From: Eledone cirrhosa
Taxonomy: Eukaryota
Length of the DNA: 64,000 bases
Direction of reading: 5' to 3'
Assembly: GCA_964016885.1 (NCBI GenBank)
Contig: CAXHJY010001444.1
Span: forward strand, 125,777-189,776
Shown: one piece after another, positions 1-15,911 of the stretch
Layout: the number at the start of each line of letters is the position of its first letter
Numbering within the stretch: position 1 is the first letter of the stretch
Made by a program: the position numbers and the translations under genes
Notes under the pieces: generated by a model
What the model was told of the DNA's origin: nothing
Seen by the model: only the letters and a program-made list of their open reading frames with translations
The model's database searches: none

Positions 1-768
1 TACATATATATTTCAAGAATGTCACGTATAATATTACTTGTCCATGGTCTATATATGTAACATTCTAATTACTGAACACAATAAAAGCCATAATCTATTA
101 TAGGTCTTTCCGTGGTCGAAGAATTATACTACCGTTCAAGAACAGGCGTTTGATTTAATCAACTTTTCCTTTACCCAAATCCCCTGACCTTGTACCTAAA
201 TTAAAAATCCGTATTCAGGGCTTCGTAAAAATCTGAAAGATCAGCTAACGATATTTGTTGACTTTTAAAAGCTGTGGTTCAGCTATCTAATCTCAAACGT
301 TAAACGTTGTCATGGTTTAAAAGACTTCATATTTGTCGATGACAACATTTTTACCGTTCTTCATCCTATTTTATAAGCTATTTTGTAGCATCCCCGTGCA
401 TAAGCACTCCATTCTTTATATCGTTTTATATATTTGGTGATTATAAAAGACATGGGTATTTTACGTCGCATATTTTCATCTACTAAACAAGGAATGTATT
501 GTTTCTATTTTTTAGAGAATATAAACCTAATATTAGTGATAAAAATTACAAGAGTAGTGATAAAAAATATACTATATTTTTTACATGTTTCCGTCATTAG
601 ACTGAAGCCAAGCTAAGGCACCACATAAAAGAATGTTAGGCAATCTTATCGATCCCAGTACATATTATTTTAATGTCTGCTACTTATTTCGTGTACCTCT
701 ACCAATAAACGAGACATAAACAAACAATAAGCGTACACACAGACATATACACACACACACACACACAC

Positions 769-843
<75 letters not shown>

Positions 844-1037
844 TATACACATACACAACAGGCTTCTAAAGAGTCTCTAAATCACATATCATTTGACAAC
901 CCAAAGCTATAGTAGAAAACCCCTGTTCAAGGTGCCACAGAGTGAGACTGAACCCGAAACCATGTGGTTAAGAAGCGAACCCCTTACTCACTTGCAGCTA
1001 TGTATATTACTCGCAGCTCTCTCTCTCTCTCTCTCTC

Positions 1038-1089
<52 letters not shown>

Positions 1090-3699
1090 CTGAGTGTTCG
1101 AATATTAATAATAATATTAACAGACCGGCTGATCAGTCAGATCTACTGACATGGCTTTAAAAAAGAGGCTGTTTGCATAATTGCAAACGAATCGGATATT
1201 ATTATTAATATTCGAAAAATCAGATTACATTTATTGTATTCAGCGATGTAGAGAGAAAATACTTAAAAAAAAAAAAAGAATATATATATATATATATATA
1301 TGTTTCTTTCTTTCATTTAGTTGAACTGAGACATTTTTCACTTGTTTTTCTTTTCTATTGGTGCCATGATTTATAGCAATGTCTAGATCAAAGATAGCAT
1401 GGTGTCAAACGAAGATCATATACAGCAACTGACAATTCAATGTAATGGAAGGGTATATTAAAAGATTAGTGTTGTGTGTTTAGAATAGATTATAAGCTTT
1501 TGGTTTCTGAACATCATAAATAATGTTCCTATTGTTTGGTAGTTGACACACTTATTAAGGTGGAACTAATTCATACAAGAACATTAGACAGAGACAATAA
1601 CCTTCAAGTAGAAGAGATACGGCGCTAATATCATCTATAGAATATTTCTTTTCCTGCTTACAAGAATGTAAATTTCCATAGGTGAGGGAAAACAAAACTA
1701 TGATGTCCGTATATTTTTTTAGATAAAAAGAAAGGGTTTCGATAGGACACCAAAACAGAGTGTTTCACATATATATTTTTTATACTGATTGCTGTCATTT
1801 TTATACATAACAACCTACACCATACTTTTCTTCAGTAGATAAAATCTATGAAGAATGAATCACATGGCTTTGTGGTTAGGGTGTTGACCTGACGTGCATG
1901 ATGTCGGGAGTTCGATTTCCGTGTTGGGAGGCACGTCATATTTTGGAGCAAGATACTGTATTTCACGTTTCTACATACACTCAGCTTGAGTAGCAACGTT
2001 AATGATGTGACGTTTTATCAGTGTTTACCTTTACGTTGGACAACATTTGTGTTGTGAAGCATGGGTGATTGACGATATTCCGCAACACATTGTTGTCCAG
2101 GCTTATGTTTTGGAGAAGTACTCTAGAGGTGCAAAACCATAGTTAGACACAACCAATGGTGGCCTACTACTTAATTTATGGCTTTGTTTAACAAGCTGTC
2201 ATTCCAAAGAAATAGAGTCCAGTATACGAGTGTTAATTCGCCAACATACCTTCTCTATAACAATCCTATTTTCGGAGAATGGCAGATTCGTTATAGCGTT
2301 GGATTAAAGGCCTCACAATTTGTACTGGCTTCCAAAGCGATGAGCTTAAATACCATTGAAGTCTTGTTTACCTTTCATTTTTATTTGTGGTCGATAAATA
2401 AATTATCTGTTTTGGGGTGGTGAATTGGTGGAATTGATCTAGAGTCAAACGGAGTGTATTGTAATGTCTGATCCGGCTCTGTGCATTCAGAGTGAAAATC
2501 CTAACTATTTCTGTCAAGAGTTGCGCGCTGGAGACAGTATCAGCAATAGGAAGAGCAATGGAAGCGTTGTTTCCATGTTCCGAACAGGTGACCAACTCCT
2601 TTCCTATATTAGTCTTACTTCTTCTGTATCTTATTGTAACGCCACTAGAATACTACTATAAATGCATGTATCAAAGGTGGAGGTGATACGAAACCAGCAA
2701 GCTCCGAAGAGTCTAGACGATTGAAGTAGCAGTAGAAAAGACTAAGAGAGGAGACAACTTATTTGTAGGGTAGGGTATGTCTATGTGTCATTATAGCAAT
2801 GAGTCTGTTGTCTAGGATGTCTTTATATGTATAAGACGTTAGTCAATTTGAATCTCCCTTAACCTTGTAAAGGGATTAATTCTTGTTATTAACCATATAT
2901 GAAATATTTCAAATATCTTTTGTTATATATAATTGAATATTTCTCTTCTTTTTTAAGGAACTTCTATTGGAAACTAACAACTGTGGTAAGTATTATTCTT
3001 TTGTATACTCCCAGTAATTAACTCCAGTAGTTCATTTGATCAGAATTGAACACTGACACAAACACAACCATAGTCATATTGACACACACTCATATATAAA
3101 TGAATGTCTCCAAAACGGCTGACTGAATACGAACATGTGTCTTTCTTTTCTCCTTTTTCGTTCCTCCTTCCTCTCGCTCTTTACCTCCTTATTTTATATT
3201 TTATTTCTCATTTTATCTTCTGATGAAGAACGAGTGCCCAAAACATTAAGATTCTTTTCCTATTATTTCAAGCGTTAAACTAATATATATCATTGTGCTG
3301 TGCCCTTTGCTTTGTTATTTCAGTTTAGCTTTTGCATTCATACATACATGATATCTGCAACTTGATTTCGAGTAATGCCATCGCTTGATACTTAAGCATG
3401 AACATTACATACGTGCCCTTTTACACCTGCTAGGGACTTCCCTATGGCCAATAATACCATGCATCGCAAAAAATGTCACATGTTAAGCGATGCCTGTGCT
3501 TGAACATTTTTTAAGTGAGAAATGCTTTGCACGGAGCCAACACCACTCTCTTTCCAAAAAGAATTGGTCTACATCATTGGATTCAAACGAAGTCGTAGGT
3601 TTTATATCAGATTGATCTTCTAGAGAGATGCCTCAATGAAGACTAGGAGTCTCTCATACCTCAAAAAACAACAACAAATTATTCAAAGGCCATTGTCTC

Positions 3700-3765
<66 letters not shown>

Positions 3766-3822
3766 GTATGTATATATGTATATACATACGTACATACATA
3801 TATATATATGTATGTATGAGAC

Positions 3823-3860
<38 letters not shown>

Positions 3861-4622
3861 TATATTTAAAAAAAATATATATATATATACTAATTGATTA
3901 ATGAAATTACACTACCACAAACGTCTTGTACATCTATGGTAGTGCAATATCGTGTGACACACTATCTTACTCAATGATAACAGAAAGTAATATTAGAAAC
4001 AAGAGTATACTCATTCAGGTTTAGTAGTGTAGTGACAATGAACAACTCAGTAAGGGTTATCGATTAAATTAATACAACCAATTAATTTAAAAAATATTAA
4101 AAATATTAATATATACCCAAACTACCACTGGTTTCACCGATAACAAACTGTTAGTAGCAGTTATGTAAATAACTTTAATTAACTTTAAATAAGTGCATAT
4201 TCTAACAGCCTGTTGTATAACAACCTTTAATTATCATACATATCGTCAGTGAATTTGTCCAGTAAATAAAACGGAAAACTGGATATTTTTCAGGTATCTG
4301 ACATGCTTAAAAGAAGCACTAAACTATAATTACTACTATGAGTAAAATATACGAACAGATCCAGGAAATCCCACTATCACAATATAGTTCGTGCATATAT
4401 GACAGTATAATAAAGTGCCCTACATTATTTTAATCAATAACTGAAATGAATTTCAGAAACAGAGTATACTCGAACAGTTGTAGTAGTGTGGTGGCAATAA
4501 GGGGACAAATCAATGAAGTTTATCAATAAAATTAATACAACGAATAACAGCAAACTAATAAGTCAAATCAATTAATAAAAAATATCAAAAATATTGATAT
4601 ATTCCCAAATACATACTAAATG

Positions 4623-4735
4623 AAGGCGTGTGGTTAGAGAATTGGATTCGCAATCGTGAGGTTGTGAGTTCGATTCCCGGACCGGGCCATGCGTTATGTC
4701 CCTGAGCAAGACACTTTATTTCACATTGTTCCTTC
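4623..4735 (+). mobile_element. tRNA-derived SINE family B head
   Basis: GTGGTTAG A-box, GAGTTCGATTCC B-box, GTCCCTGAGCAAGACACT core. Related copies at ~1863-1990, 42785-42910, 43068-43400 and 39610-39780. Confidence 0.75.
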
Positions 4736-4850
4736 TACATGGAGTTGCGACCGATAGATAGTATTAGCAATTGGAAAGACCAATAGAAACATTGTTTCTT
4801 CGATCCGATTTGACGAAAGTTGATCATTCCTTTATATATATTTATATACT

Positions 4851-4896
<46 letters not shown>

Positions 4897-5384
4897 TGTG
4901 TTAGGTCGCTCTTCAGCGCTACCGGTAACATGTAACCCAGTACAACATGTGCATGGTCGGGGTCGTCGGTGACTAAACCTGCAACCCCACTTGGTGAAGA
5001 GGGTGAATTTGGACACCTTGCGTGATAAAAAAAAAACAAATCCCGGTAAAGGGCGAAGGAACCCAGGAGAGTCAATGGCCATCCTATATTTCTTTTTTTA
5101 TTTTGTTTTTTTTTGTTAAGCGGGAGACACATAGTCTTCATTAAGACATCTCTCTAAGAGAAAGTCACTCTGATATAAAACCTGCGACTTAGTTTGCATC
5201 CAATGATGTAGACCAGTTCTTCTTTTGGGACAAATGCTTTCGATGTCAAGAGAGTGGGATTGGCTCCGTGCAAAACTTTCTTCACTTAAAAAAGCTTCAA
5301 GCACAGGCATCGCTTGATATGTGACATTTTTCCTGGCCATAGGCAAGTCCTTAGCACGACTAAAAAGCCACGTATACAGATATG

Positions 5385-5469
5385 TATTGGAATTTCATAT
5401 TTCTAAAGGAATACAGTATGTTTATAAATAAACATACCGTATTCCTTTAGAAATACGAAATTCCAATAT
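5385..5469. repeat. ~85-bp near-perfect palindrome next to (TA)n
   Basis: TATTGGAATTTCATATTTCTAAAGGAATACAGTATGTTTAT / ATAAACATACCGTATTCCTTTAGAAATACGAAATTCCAATA. Confidence 0.85.
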
Positions 5470-5487
5470 ATATATATATATATATAG

Positions 5488-6775
5488 TAATAATAATAAA
5501 ATTGAAGACTAAAATCCAAAGAGGGCTCGATCAGGAAAATATATATCAAATATATAAGAACCGTAGAGCAAATATTTATTAAAATAATAGATTAAAGTTT
5601 AAGCAAAGAATCGCTGCTTTCACCCTTAACGGGATCTTCTGAAACTAACAAAGTCAATCTGTAAACGCAGAACTGGATATTTCAAAAAACGTTGCAACCG
5701 GAGGAAGACAGGAAGACGATACTTTGGTTCGTGGTTATGTTCGCTGGCAAAGAACGGGAAAAAACGAATAATACGTCATTAATAGGAGCGGTGAAAAACA
5801 ATTACGCGCAAAGATAAAACCACGTTTATGGTATAAAAGAGGTCGTAGACTAATGTTCTCTTAGGTGGTGCATAGAAACGTTCTTTGGCAATGAACGAAA
5901 AAACGAAGATAATAAGTCATATGTGGAGCGTGGAGAACAATAGCACGCAAAGACAAAACCACGTAAATGGTATAGCAGAAATCGTAGACTAAAATTCTAA
6001 CTAGGAGACCAAATGAATCTCCGCTACAGAGTTAAGAACAAAGTAAATAAATACAATACAGAGATAATAGAAACAAATAAATACATACACGCAAACAGAT
6101 ACGTACATACACAAGCATACGCAAAACCTTACCATGGGTATACAAAACCACGCACATATAAATATGTGTGTGTGTGTATGCTTGTGTACAAATAAATAAA
6201 TAATTATATAAACGTATATAAGTAAATAAATACGTATATAACAAGCGCACACGCATACCTACATATAAATACACGAATGTTCGGAGACGTAAGTCAACTA
6301 AAACAAGAAGTACACATATACACACACCCACCATACGTACAACTCTGTAGCGGAGATTCATTTGGTCTCCTAGTTAGAATTTTAGTCTACGATTTCTGCT
6401 ATACGTGGTTTTGTCTTTGCGTGCTATTGTTCTCCACGATCCACATATGACTTATTATCTTCGTTTTTTCGTTCATTGCCAGAGAACGTCTCTATGCACC
6501 ACCTAAGAGAACATTAGTCTACGACCTCTTTTATACCATAAACGTGGTTTTGTCTTTGCGCGTAATTGTTTTTCACCGCTCCTATTAATGACGTATTATT
6601 CGTTTTTTCCCGTTCTTTGCCAGCGAACCAAAGTATCGTCTTCCTGTCTTCCCCCGGTTGCAACGTTTTTTGAAATATCCAGTTCTGCGTTTACAGATTG
6701 ACTTTGTTAGTTTCAGAAGATCCCGTTAAGGGTGAAAGCAGCGATTCTTTGCTTAAACTTTAATCTGTTATTTTA

Positions 6776-6783
<8 letters not shown>
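5488..6783. repeat. Fold-back element in (TA)n: arms 5572-6033 and 6341-6783 (probable PLE pseudo-LTR remnant)
   Basis: About 450-bp inverted arms with small indels and a ~310-bp spacer. Two internal ~135-bp diverged subrepeats. TA runs on both sides. Confidence 0.9.
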
Positions 6784-6821
<38 letters not shown>

Positions 6822-6831
6822 TATATATACA

Positions 6832-6897
<66 letters not shown>

Positions 6898-6939
6898 GTT
6901 ATCCATGTGCAACCTGCAGTACTCTTCTCCCCATTTTTT

Positions 6940-6980
<41 letters not shown>

Positions 6981-7235
6981 AAAAAGATGAAACCGAAAAT
7001 GCAACTGGCGTCTTATGCAAACCAGCCTCATTTTTAAAGCCATATCAGTAAGACTCCAGGAAACTGACTGGCCAGTCTGTTGATATACAAATCTGGCTGA
7101 TCAGTGGATCTGCTAATATGCAGATCTAACTGATCAGCCAGTCTGCTAATATGCAAATCAGGCCGATCAGTTACTCTATATTTTAGAAAATATCATATAT
7201 TTTCACTAGCTCTGACAGTTGGCGGGTGAACAGTA

Positions 7236-7283
7236 AACTGTACTGATGAAGGGTAATACTCAGAAACATTAGTGTCTGCAGTT
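7236..7283 (+). ncRNA. Minimal type I hammerhead fold
   Basis: AACTGTA CTGATGA A-GGGT-AAT-ACTC-A GAAAC-ATTAGT-GTC TGCAGTT: 7-bp stem I, GUC site (cut after 7276), near-palindromic loop III. Confidence 0.65.
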
Positions 7284-8329
7284 CCGTTTACATGCCAACA
7301 CAAGAGCAATAATGAGGGGCTCATTCTACTGATATGACTTTAAAAATGAGGCTGGTTTGCATAATTGCAAACGAATCAAATATTATTAATATTCGAAAAC
7401 CTCAGATTACATATATATAATAACTAGAAATTGATTAACATATAAATAAACATGAATAATCACATAAACAAACATGAATAATCTTAGAACTTATTTTGCG
7501 GGTGATATGGCGCATGTCTTTCTGGCATGACACCCATAATTTTGATTTAGATTAAATTCATTTGATTTATCTTAATTTTGGATATATATATATATATAGT
7601 TATGAATTTGAAAACTGAGGACACAGCGCCATCTTCCAACAGAAGCTAAGGACGAGTAGCTAGTGATGATGACGTCATCATTTCTGATTCTGGTCGTTAT
7701 CAAGCTAGCGCCCCTTGGCCCGCTCGCTGATGGAACTTAACATAAGCAAAAATATATAGTTTAGATGCCTATGTACATGGGCTGATCAGCCATATTTGCA
7801 TATAGAGTATCGGCTGGAGGTCACTTTCCCAATACGTTACACAATATTACTGAAGCCCAAAACACTTGGTTGAGAAGTGAAATCCTAAACCACACAGTCA
7901 TATCTGCACCTAATATCATCAATAGGTTAGCCAAATAGTATGTTCCAATCTATTAAAACAACACTGTACAGCGCATGCTTTCTTATGCAAATTACATACA
8001 AAAATACTTAGGTGATAAATTACCAGAACGACTTAATGTCAACGCGGAAATGTCTAAATATATTTTACTAGAGAAATATATTAATTTCTCATATAGGCAC
8101 GAGGCCATTGATTTATGGGAAGAGGGAATCGATTATATCGAATCCAGTACTTGAGTACTACTATATTTTATTGACATTGGAAGAATGAAATGCAAAGTTG
8201 ACATAGAATATCATTATTGCTATGCTATTTCATATAGATCTGTTCTATTTCTCTTTTGAACCTAGGGCAATAGATGTTTTCATTGTAGAGAGATAACTCG
8301 TCTGATCTTGCAGGGAAGAACGTTAAGGT

Positions 8330-8835
8330 GCAGCTCTGATTATGTGGGCATTAATCCTAGTGTTCCTATTACCTCAGGGATAGTGTTTGTGGTCATCCTC
8401 AATATGCCGTTGATCTCTACAAGTATTTGTAGTTTGACAGTTTTTCCATTGTTTTTACTGATGTTTTCTTCTCAGCTGGTACAGCAATATTTATAACGCT
8501 ACATGCCCGATCTGTTTATTTTTTATGATAATATCTGGTCTGTTAGTAGCGATTTCTCAGTCAGTTATCACAGGCATATTCCACAAGGTGGATATGTTGC
8601 CATTTTCCATGACTGCTTTGGTTGATGTTCATACCATTTGTCAGAGTTTGGGATGTCATTAAAGCAGCAGAGCATCCAGTGCACATATTTGGCATTGCAG
8701 TTGTGTCTTTCTATATAAGCAGTTTTTGCCAGCTCTGGACACGCGGAGATAACATGATCTACCGTGTCTTCATATTTGTAGCATATTCTGCATAGAAGGC
8801 TAGTCCCATCTTTTATTATTCTGTGTCTATATAAC
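8330..8835 (-). pseudogene. R4/Dong-like non-LTR retrotransposon C-terminal fragment (CCHC plus RLE nuclease)
   Basis: CRIC...TVDHVISACPELAK..YIERHN..VHW.LC..KWYEHQP, then after a frameshift LWNMPVITD*EIATNRPDI. Confidence 0.8.
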
Positions 8836-9243
8836 GGAAACAATACCAAAGGAAAAGGAAAACCAATAATAATAGTAATAATAATAATTATAGTAATATG
8901 AAGAGGTGGAATTTCGGTATTTTTCACCTCTCAGACTGAGTTGGCTGTAGTTTTCTAAATTATATCAAGATTAGACGGAAATTCCTCAGCATCGTATGCT
9001 TAAGAAGGTGAGGACGAAGTAGATTTCTCCGTCCTCCTCGGAAATGAAACCGATGGTAGAAACACCAACAGAAAAAAAACAAGTAGGCGTACAAGATAAT
9101 TAATTTGCCGATGTATGTAAGAAGCAGAGCCAAATTAATTAGCTCCGATTTCCGGTGTTTTCTCGACTTTTTTTTTTTTTTTTATTAGTGTTGTTATTTT
9201 TGGTTCTGGAACCTTTTCTATTATACAAACACACATGCATACA

Positions 9244-9321
<78 letters not shown>

Positions 9322-10125
9322 TGTGTATTCACATGTGTGTGTGTGCACGTATGTTTGTATGTGCGTGTGTGTCTTGTGTGTATGAGTGTGTGTATGCATG
9401 TGCAACATTGTTGTCCTAGATATCTGATAAGGAATAGCCAATAATATTCTCTATAGAATCATTCTATAGTACTTAGCACACTTTACACTGACGGATTCAT
9501 ACACACACACACACACATATATATATATAAATGTGTGTGTGTGTATCATACATGCACTTACACCATAAACATCAAACCCAACGTTGTCATTACATTATCA
9601 TTAAAGCAGATTATTCCAATATATGCCTGAAGGCCTATTCCTATTCGTTGGCGTTGATTGGACGACCTACTCAAGTTCTATATATGTTTACAACATGATG
9701 CGTCATGTACAGCTAAAATCTCTTGGAAAATATCAGTCTTTGCTGGTATTAAATACGCATATATATATGTATATAGGCGGATAGAATATTTTATGGTACT
9801 CCTTCTGGCTCTTGGCTCTCTCAGTTCAAATCCCGCCGAATTCAACTTTGCCTTTCATCCTTTCCAGGTCGATACAAAATGTACTAGTCTAGTACTGGGT
9901 CAATTCTTCCTATATATCTCTTTCTCATTTCCTCTCTCTTTCACTTACTATCTCTCTCTGGAAGAAATCTGCTGTACTCAGGCCTGGAGAGGGATGGGCT
10001 TTGCTAGGTTTAAAATGCTTAAGATACGATGTATGTCAATACGGTGCCTCTACGACTCTGTCAGGAGTTACGGGACCAAACATATATACAAACATACGCA
10101 CACACACATACACACATACACACAT

Positions 10126-10250
<125 letters not shown>

Positions 10251-10280
10251 TACATACATAAACACACACACACACACACA

Positions 10281-10317
<37 letters not shown>

Positions 10318-10692
10318 CCACGCATATCTTTACTATCTCTAATCCTTCTATAGATTTAGAAAAATAACCAATAATATATTCTATAAAAAATGTCAAAACA
10401 ACAGATGGGAATCTAATTACTCACTGCCACCAAGAATTCTCACTGCTATCGAAAAACCACTCCTTCAACTATTCTTCTAACAACTTCACCCCTCCCTCCT
10501 AATATTCTCTATAAAAACTAAATAGGTCCTCAGTAATATTATTCTGATGAAATGACAGTAAATAATAACATTGAAATATTGAATGTCTGCATAACTAAAA
10601 GTTTGTAGATAGCAGCTGTTTTAGGTTATGTAACTGTTATAGAAACACGTGTCAATAAATTCCTTTCAACTAAACTGTATCCATTCAAATCT

Positions 10693-10744
<52 letters not shown>

Positions 10745-10745
<1 letters not shown>

Positions 10746-10935
10746 AAAGGAGTCAGGACCCTGACGGCTGAGCTCCGGCAACTTCGACAGCTAGACCCGA
10801 TCTAGCTGTCGAAACGGCCGGAGCTCAGCTGTCGGGGTCCTGACTCTTTTCCTATTACCCACTCTACTACCCTAAATATTGAGTATTCTGTTGCGTTATT
10901 GTCCACCTGGTATCTTACCACACCCTCTTTGTTAT
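10745..10935. repeat. Short palindromic-headed repeat in (TA)n, copy 1
   Basis: GAGTCAGGACCC..TCGACAGCTAGA / TCTAGCTGTCGAAACGGCCGGAGCTCAGC..GGGTCCTGACTC hairpin, then tail CCTATTACCCACTCTACTACCCTAAATATTGAG. Confidence 0.85.
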
Positions 10936-10959
10936 ATATATATATATATGTTACTAGAC

Positions 10960-11580
10960 AAGAATAAATTTGAATTAATCCACATTGGTAAAGAGGATGC
11001 ATAAAAGTCACCATATTCTCTTCCATCAGCCAACTCTATTCTACTTTTACCCGACCCCACGTTGAATACTGTCCTCCACTGTAGTCACCGCAAAACAGAG
11101 TATTATTAAAACTGAATCACTCCTGAGGTCAATTACAAAAACGAGAGGCCTTAACTATTGGGGTCGACTAGAAAAACTCAAACTCTACACTCTCCAACGC
11201 CACTGTACTGATTACATCATCTGTATGATGTTGAAAATGTTCTGTCGATATTGCCTAAATGATGCCTAAATCTACCCAAGGTTTGGCCTCGTGCTATCCG
11301 ACCGCTACACTAATCAAACTCGTATCTCAAAGCAACGATTCGACACAACTACTTCACTTCAACTGGCCACGCTCGCTTTAATATCATAACGAAATACACC
11401 AATACATAAACATATCGCGTCATATTCTGAGGTTTATAGGAGAAATTGGTACAAGAAATACCGAATAAATCACCGACACCCAGTTATGACTCTGAAAACA
11501 ACAACTCTTTACTAGAGTGGGCCACGATGTCCAAAATCATGAACCCATTATCTGAAACTTCACCAGGTGGTGTTATTAAT
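10960..11580 (+). pseudogene. Highly decayed CR1/L2/Jockey-like LINE 3' fragment
   Basis: TRPHVEYCPPL*SP near 11048-11090 and LNYWGRLEKLKLYTLQR near 11130-11180. Confidence 0.6.
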
Positions 11581-12051
11581 TTAGTCATGGCCTGGGACAA
11601 CACTGGTGGAAACCCCTTAAAGTTATCAAAGATGCATGTATATATATATATATATATATATAAATATATACTTGGGGTGGTAATAAAGTCATTAGAATAG
11701 TATGCTGTGTGCCGTATGTAGCAGTGAATGTAGTTAATATTAGTTGGAATTTGAACTTTGTTGTACGCGCTGGTTTCGACACTTGCCGAAGGAACGGTTC
11801 CAGAAAGTGTTAAATGCTTTTCATAAGCACTGTAAAGATGTCATTGCATTCAATGGAGATTATGTTTTGCAGAATAAATAAATTTTAGTTTCAATATGTT
11901 GTGCATTTTCATTTAAAGTGTTATTCTAAGGACTTTATTGCCACGCCAAGTACATACACACACACGCACACACACACACATCGAGCGTTAACCTAATATA
12001 TTCCTTCCATATACTGTACCGATTGTGATGTTATTTCTGTTTACCTTTTAC

Positions 12052-12098
<47 letters not shown>

Positions 12099-12506
12099 CC
12101 CCCCCTCTCTCTCTCTCTGTTATTGTGTGTGTACGTATCGTTAGAAACACCGATAATTATTACGTCAACATATTAGCCTCAACATATGGGATTTTAATAA
12201 GAAACAAATCGTCATTTTTTTACAATGAATGTATATATAAGGGATAATCGATCGTCATAACTTCAATAAAAATATTTTTACCTATTATAAATACTGAATT
12301 TACTGACCTGAAAACAGACGATTAAATACATCACTCTCTGTATCTATGACAACACGCCTCTAAACACGGAGGATTTTGGCGAATGAATATCTTTATTGAA
12401 TACTATATTTTTACTATCTTTAGTGAGAAATGGATATTAGTAGCAAATATATATATATATATATACATATATATGTCATGCGTGTGTGATGTGTGTGTGT
12501 GTATGT

Positions 12507-12557
<51 letters not shown>

Positions 12558-12896
12558 GAATAAATTTAGTCCTTCATCAGTGATCTTCCAACGTTCATTG
12601 GTATTTCATCGCTTTAAAGACCATATACCTCTGGATGGTGCGAGCAACGGCTAAAGAAAGTCGTTAGGACACGTAAATAGGGGGAACGAGCGAGACAGTA
12701 AACAAACAAAGATGGTAATGCAACGAAAAGTGAGGAAGAAGGAGTCAAGTCCCTGAAATCGATGAACATAAATTCTGTGAAATCGTAGACGAGAGAGAAT
12801 AAAGACCATCCGACCTGGTCGAAGTGTGAGTGAGGAAAATATATATGTATATATATATATATACACACTCATATTTATATACATGTATACACACAC

Positions 12897-14106
<1,210 letters not shown>

Positions 14107-14836
14107 AGGATAAATTGGAAATACCACGGAAAATATATTTATGGATCAGTTTTTCTTTTTTTTTCCTTCTTTGATTCGTGAAAGTGACATTATTGAAAAA
14201 ATGAGCGGAACAATTCTTTTAAAAAAGAGTTTTATAATGTATATAAAATATATAAAATATAACCAGTTTCGATGTATCATTAACATCTATCTTATTAAAT
14301 GTTGAGTATTACAATTAAAATGAATTAAAATGAATTAAAATGAAAGATTTAAAATTAAGTGTTGAGGCAACTTTGTTCATCTTTCTTGTTGAGAAGAATA
14401 TATATGTATAACAAAATTTGTTTTCGCTCTTAACATGGTGGATGCCTAAATGTATTCGCGAGTGAATAAAAACAATAACATTATAATATTATTATAATAT
14501 TATTATTATAATAATATTTTTAATATTCGATTGGTTGCAATCAAACAGCCTCATAAAAAAAACGCGTTAGATGAACAACTCCATCCCTTTGTTCCAGCGG
14601 CAGCTGAGAGAAAACAATTGATTTCGTAGACAATTGTTTCGGAGTGTTTTCCCCTTATCAAGATTGTGTATTTTCTCGTCTCTGCTATCCCCTGAAACTG
14701 CTGAGAATATATAGTATTCTTAAATGTATACATCGACTGATTAGCCTCATTTGCATACCAACCGATTTTACTTCCTGCTTTGCAGAAAATTAAAGAAAAA
14801 TCGGTGGATACCTAAATGTATACGTGAATGAATATT

Positions 14837-14955
14837 AATTGTTTCTACTTTTGGCTCAAGGCCAGCAATTATTCCAGTGCATTACTGGTAATTCATTTTA
14901 TCGGCTCCGTAAGGATGAAAGGCAAAGTTCGCCTCGGCGTGATTTGAACTCAGAT
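14837..14955 (-). mobile_element. SINE family A (partial)
   Basis: Reverse complement of B-box to tail. Confidence 0.8.
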
Positions 14956-15091
14956 GTGAATTAATAATAATTGTTTCTACTTTTGGTACAAAACACAAAT
15001 CATCCTTTCTCTCTTAATAGCTCCTCTAAATGTTTTTCGTTCTGTGGAATTTACACGGGTCCCGCTAGTATAAATAATGTGTGTGTGTATG

Positions 15092-15122
<31 letters not shown>

Positions 15123-15526
15123 AGGTGTGTGTATGTGTGTGCGTATATATATATATATATATACATATGTATGTATGTGCATATGTATACATACATTTCC
15201 TTATAGCCGCCGATGACAACTTCTTTTTCCGCCTTTAAGGGTCTTCACCCTAGTTTAACATCTCCGCACATGAGCACATCATTCTTTATATATATATATA
15301 TATATATTTAGAATGAGAAAATCCGAAGTAGTTTCAGATGTTAATGTCCTTTATTGGTAATGCTGTGATACATATTTCAATGACGACAGTGGCCACACGA
15401 TTCTGTGTACCCAGTGCCGTGATATCATCTGACAGCTTCTTATATAATAAAGTTACGTTCTCAAGGCAATCCAAACAGAAACGACGAGGAACGGACAAGG
15501 CGAACCAAGAACACACGCCTTGTCCG

Positions 15527-15564
<38 letters not shown>

Positions 15565-15776
15565 AAAAAATGGGGAGAAGAATACTGCTGGTTGCACATG
15601 GATAACATGTAATAAAATAAGTCCCTCATCAGTGATTTGCCGACGATCATAGATATATATATATATATACACATATATATATATATATAGATATATACAC
15701 ACATATATATATATATATATACATATATATATACACACACATATATATATATATATACACACACATATATATATAT

Positions 15777-15871
<95 letters not shown>

Positions 15872-15911
15872 GAGAAAGAGATAGAGGGGGGAGAGAGAGA
15901 GAGAGAGAAGA

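Noticed and set aside
3215-3252. CTGATGA motif with ATCTT/AAGAT stem
   Set aside because: GAAA is mutated to AAAA and stem II is broken; at most a dead hammerhead remnant.
4623-4700. tRNA gene candidates at SINE heads
   Set aside because: A and B boxes continue into SINE bodies with no complete cloverleaf.
6705-6755. Hammerhead-like CAGAAGA-TCCC-GTTAA-GGGT-GAAAG in the fold-back family
   Set aside because: Core is CAGAAGA (CAGAAAA in one arm) and no convincing stem I or III could be drawn; kept only as a repeat.
7065-7170. Short CTGATCAG repeats resembling a repeat-spacer array
   Set aside because: Irregular degenerate tandem repeat in eukaryotic DNA with no cas genes; not CRISPR.
10540-10595. 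CTGATGA-AATG..CATT-GAAAT..GTC motif
   Set aside because: Core and stem II are present but stem I does not pair.
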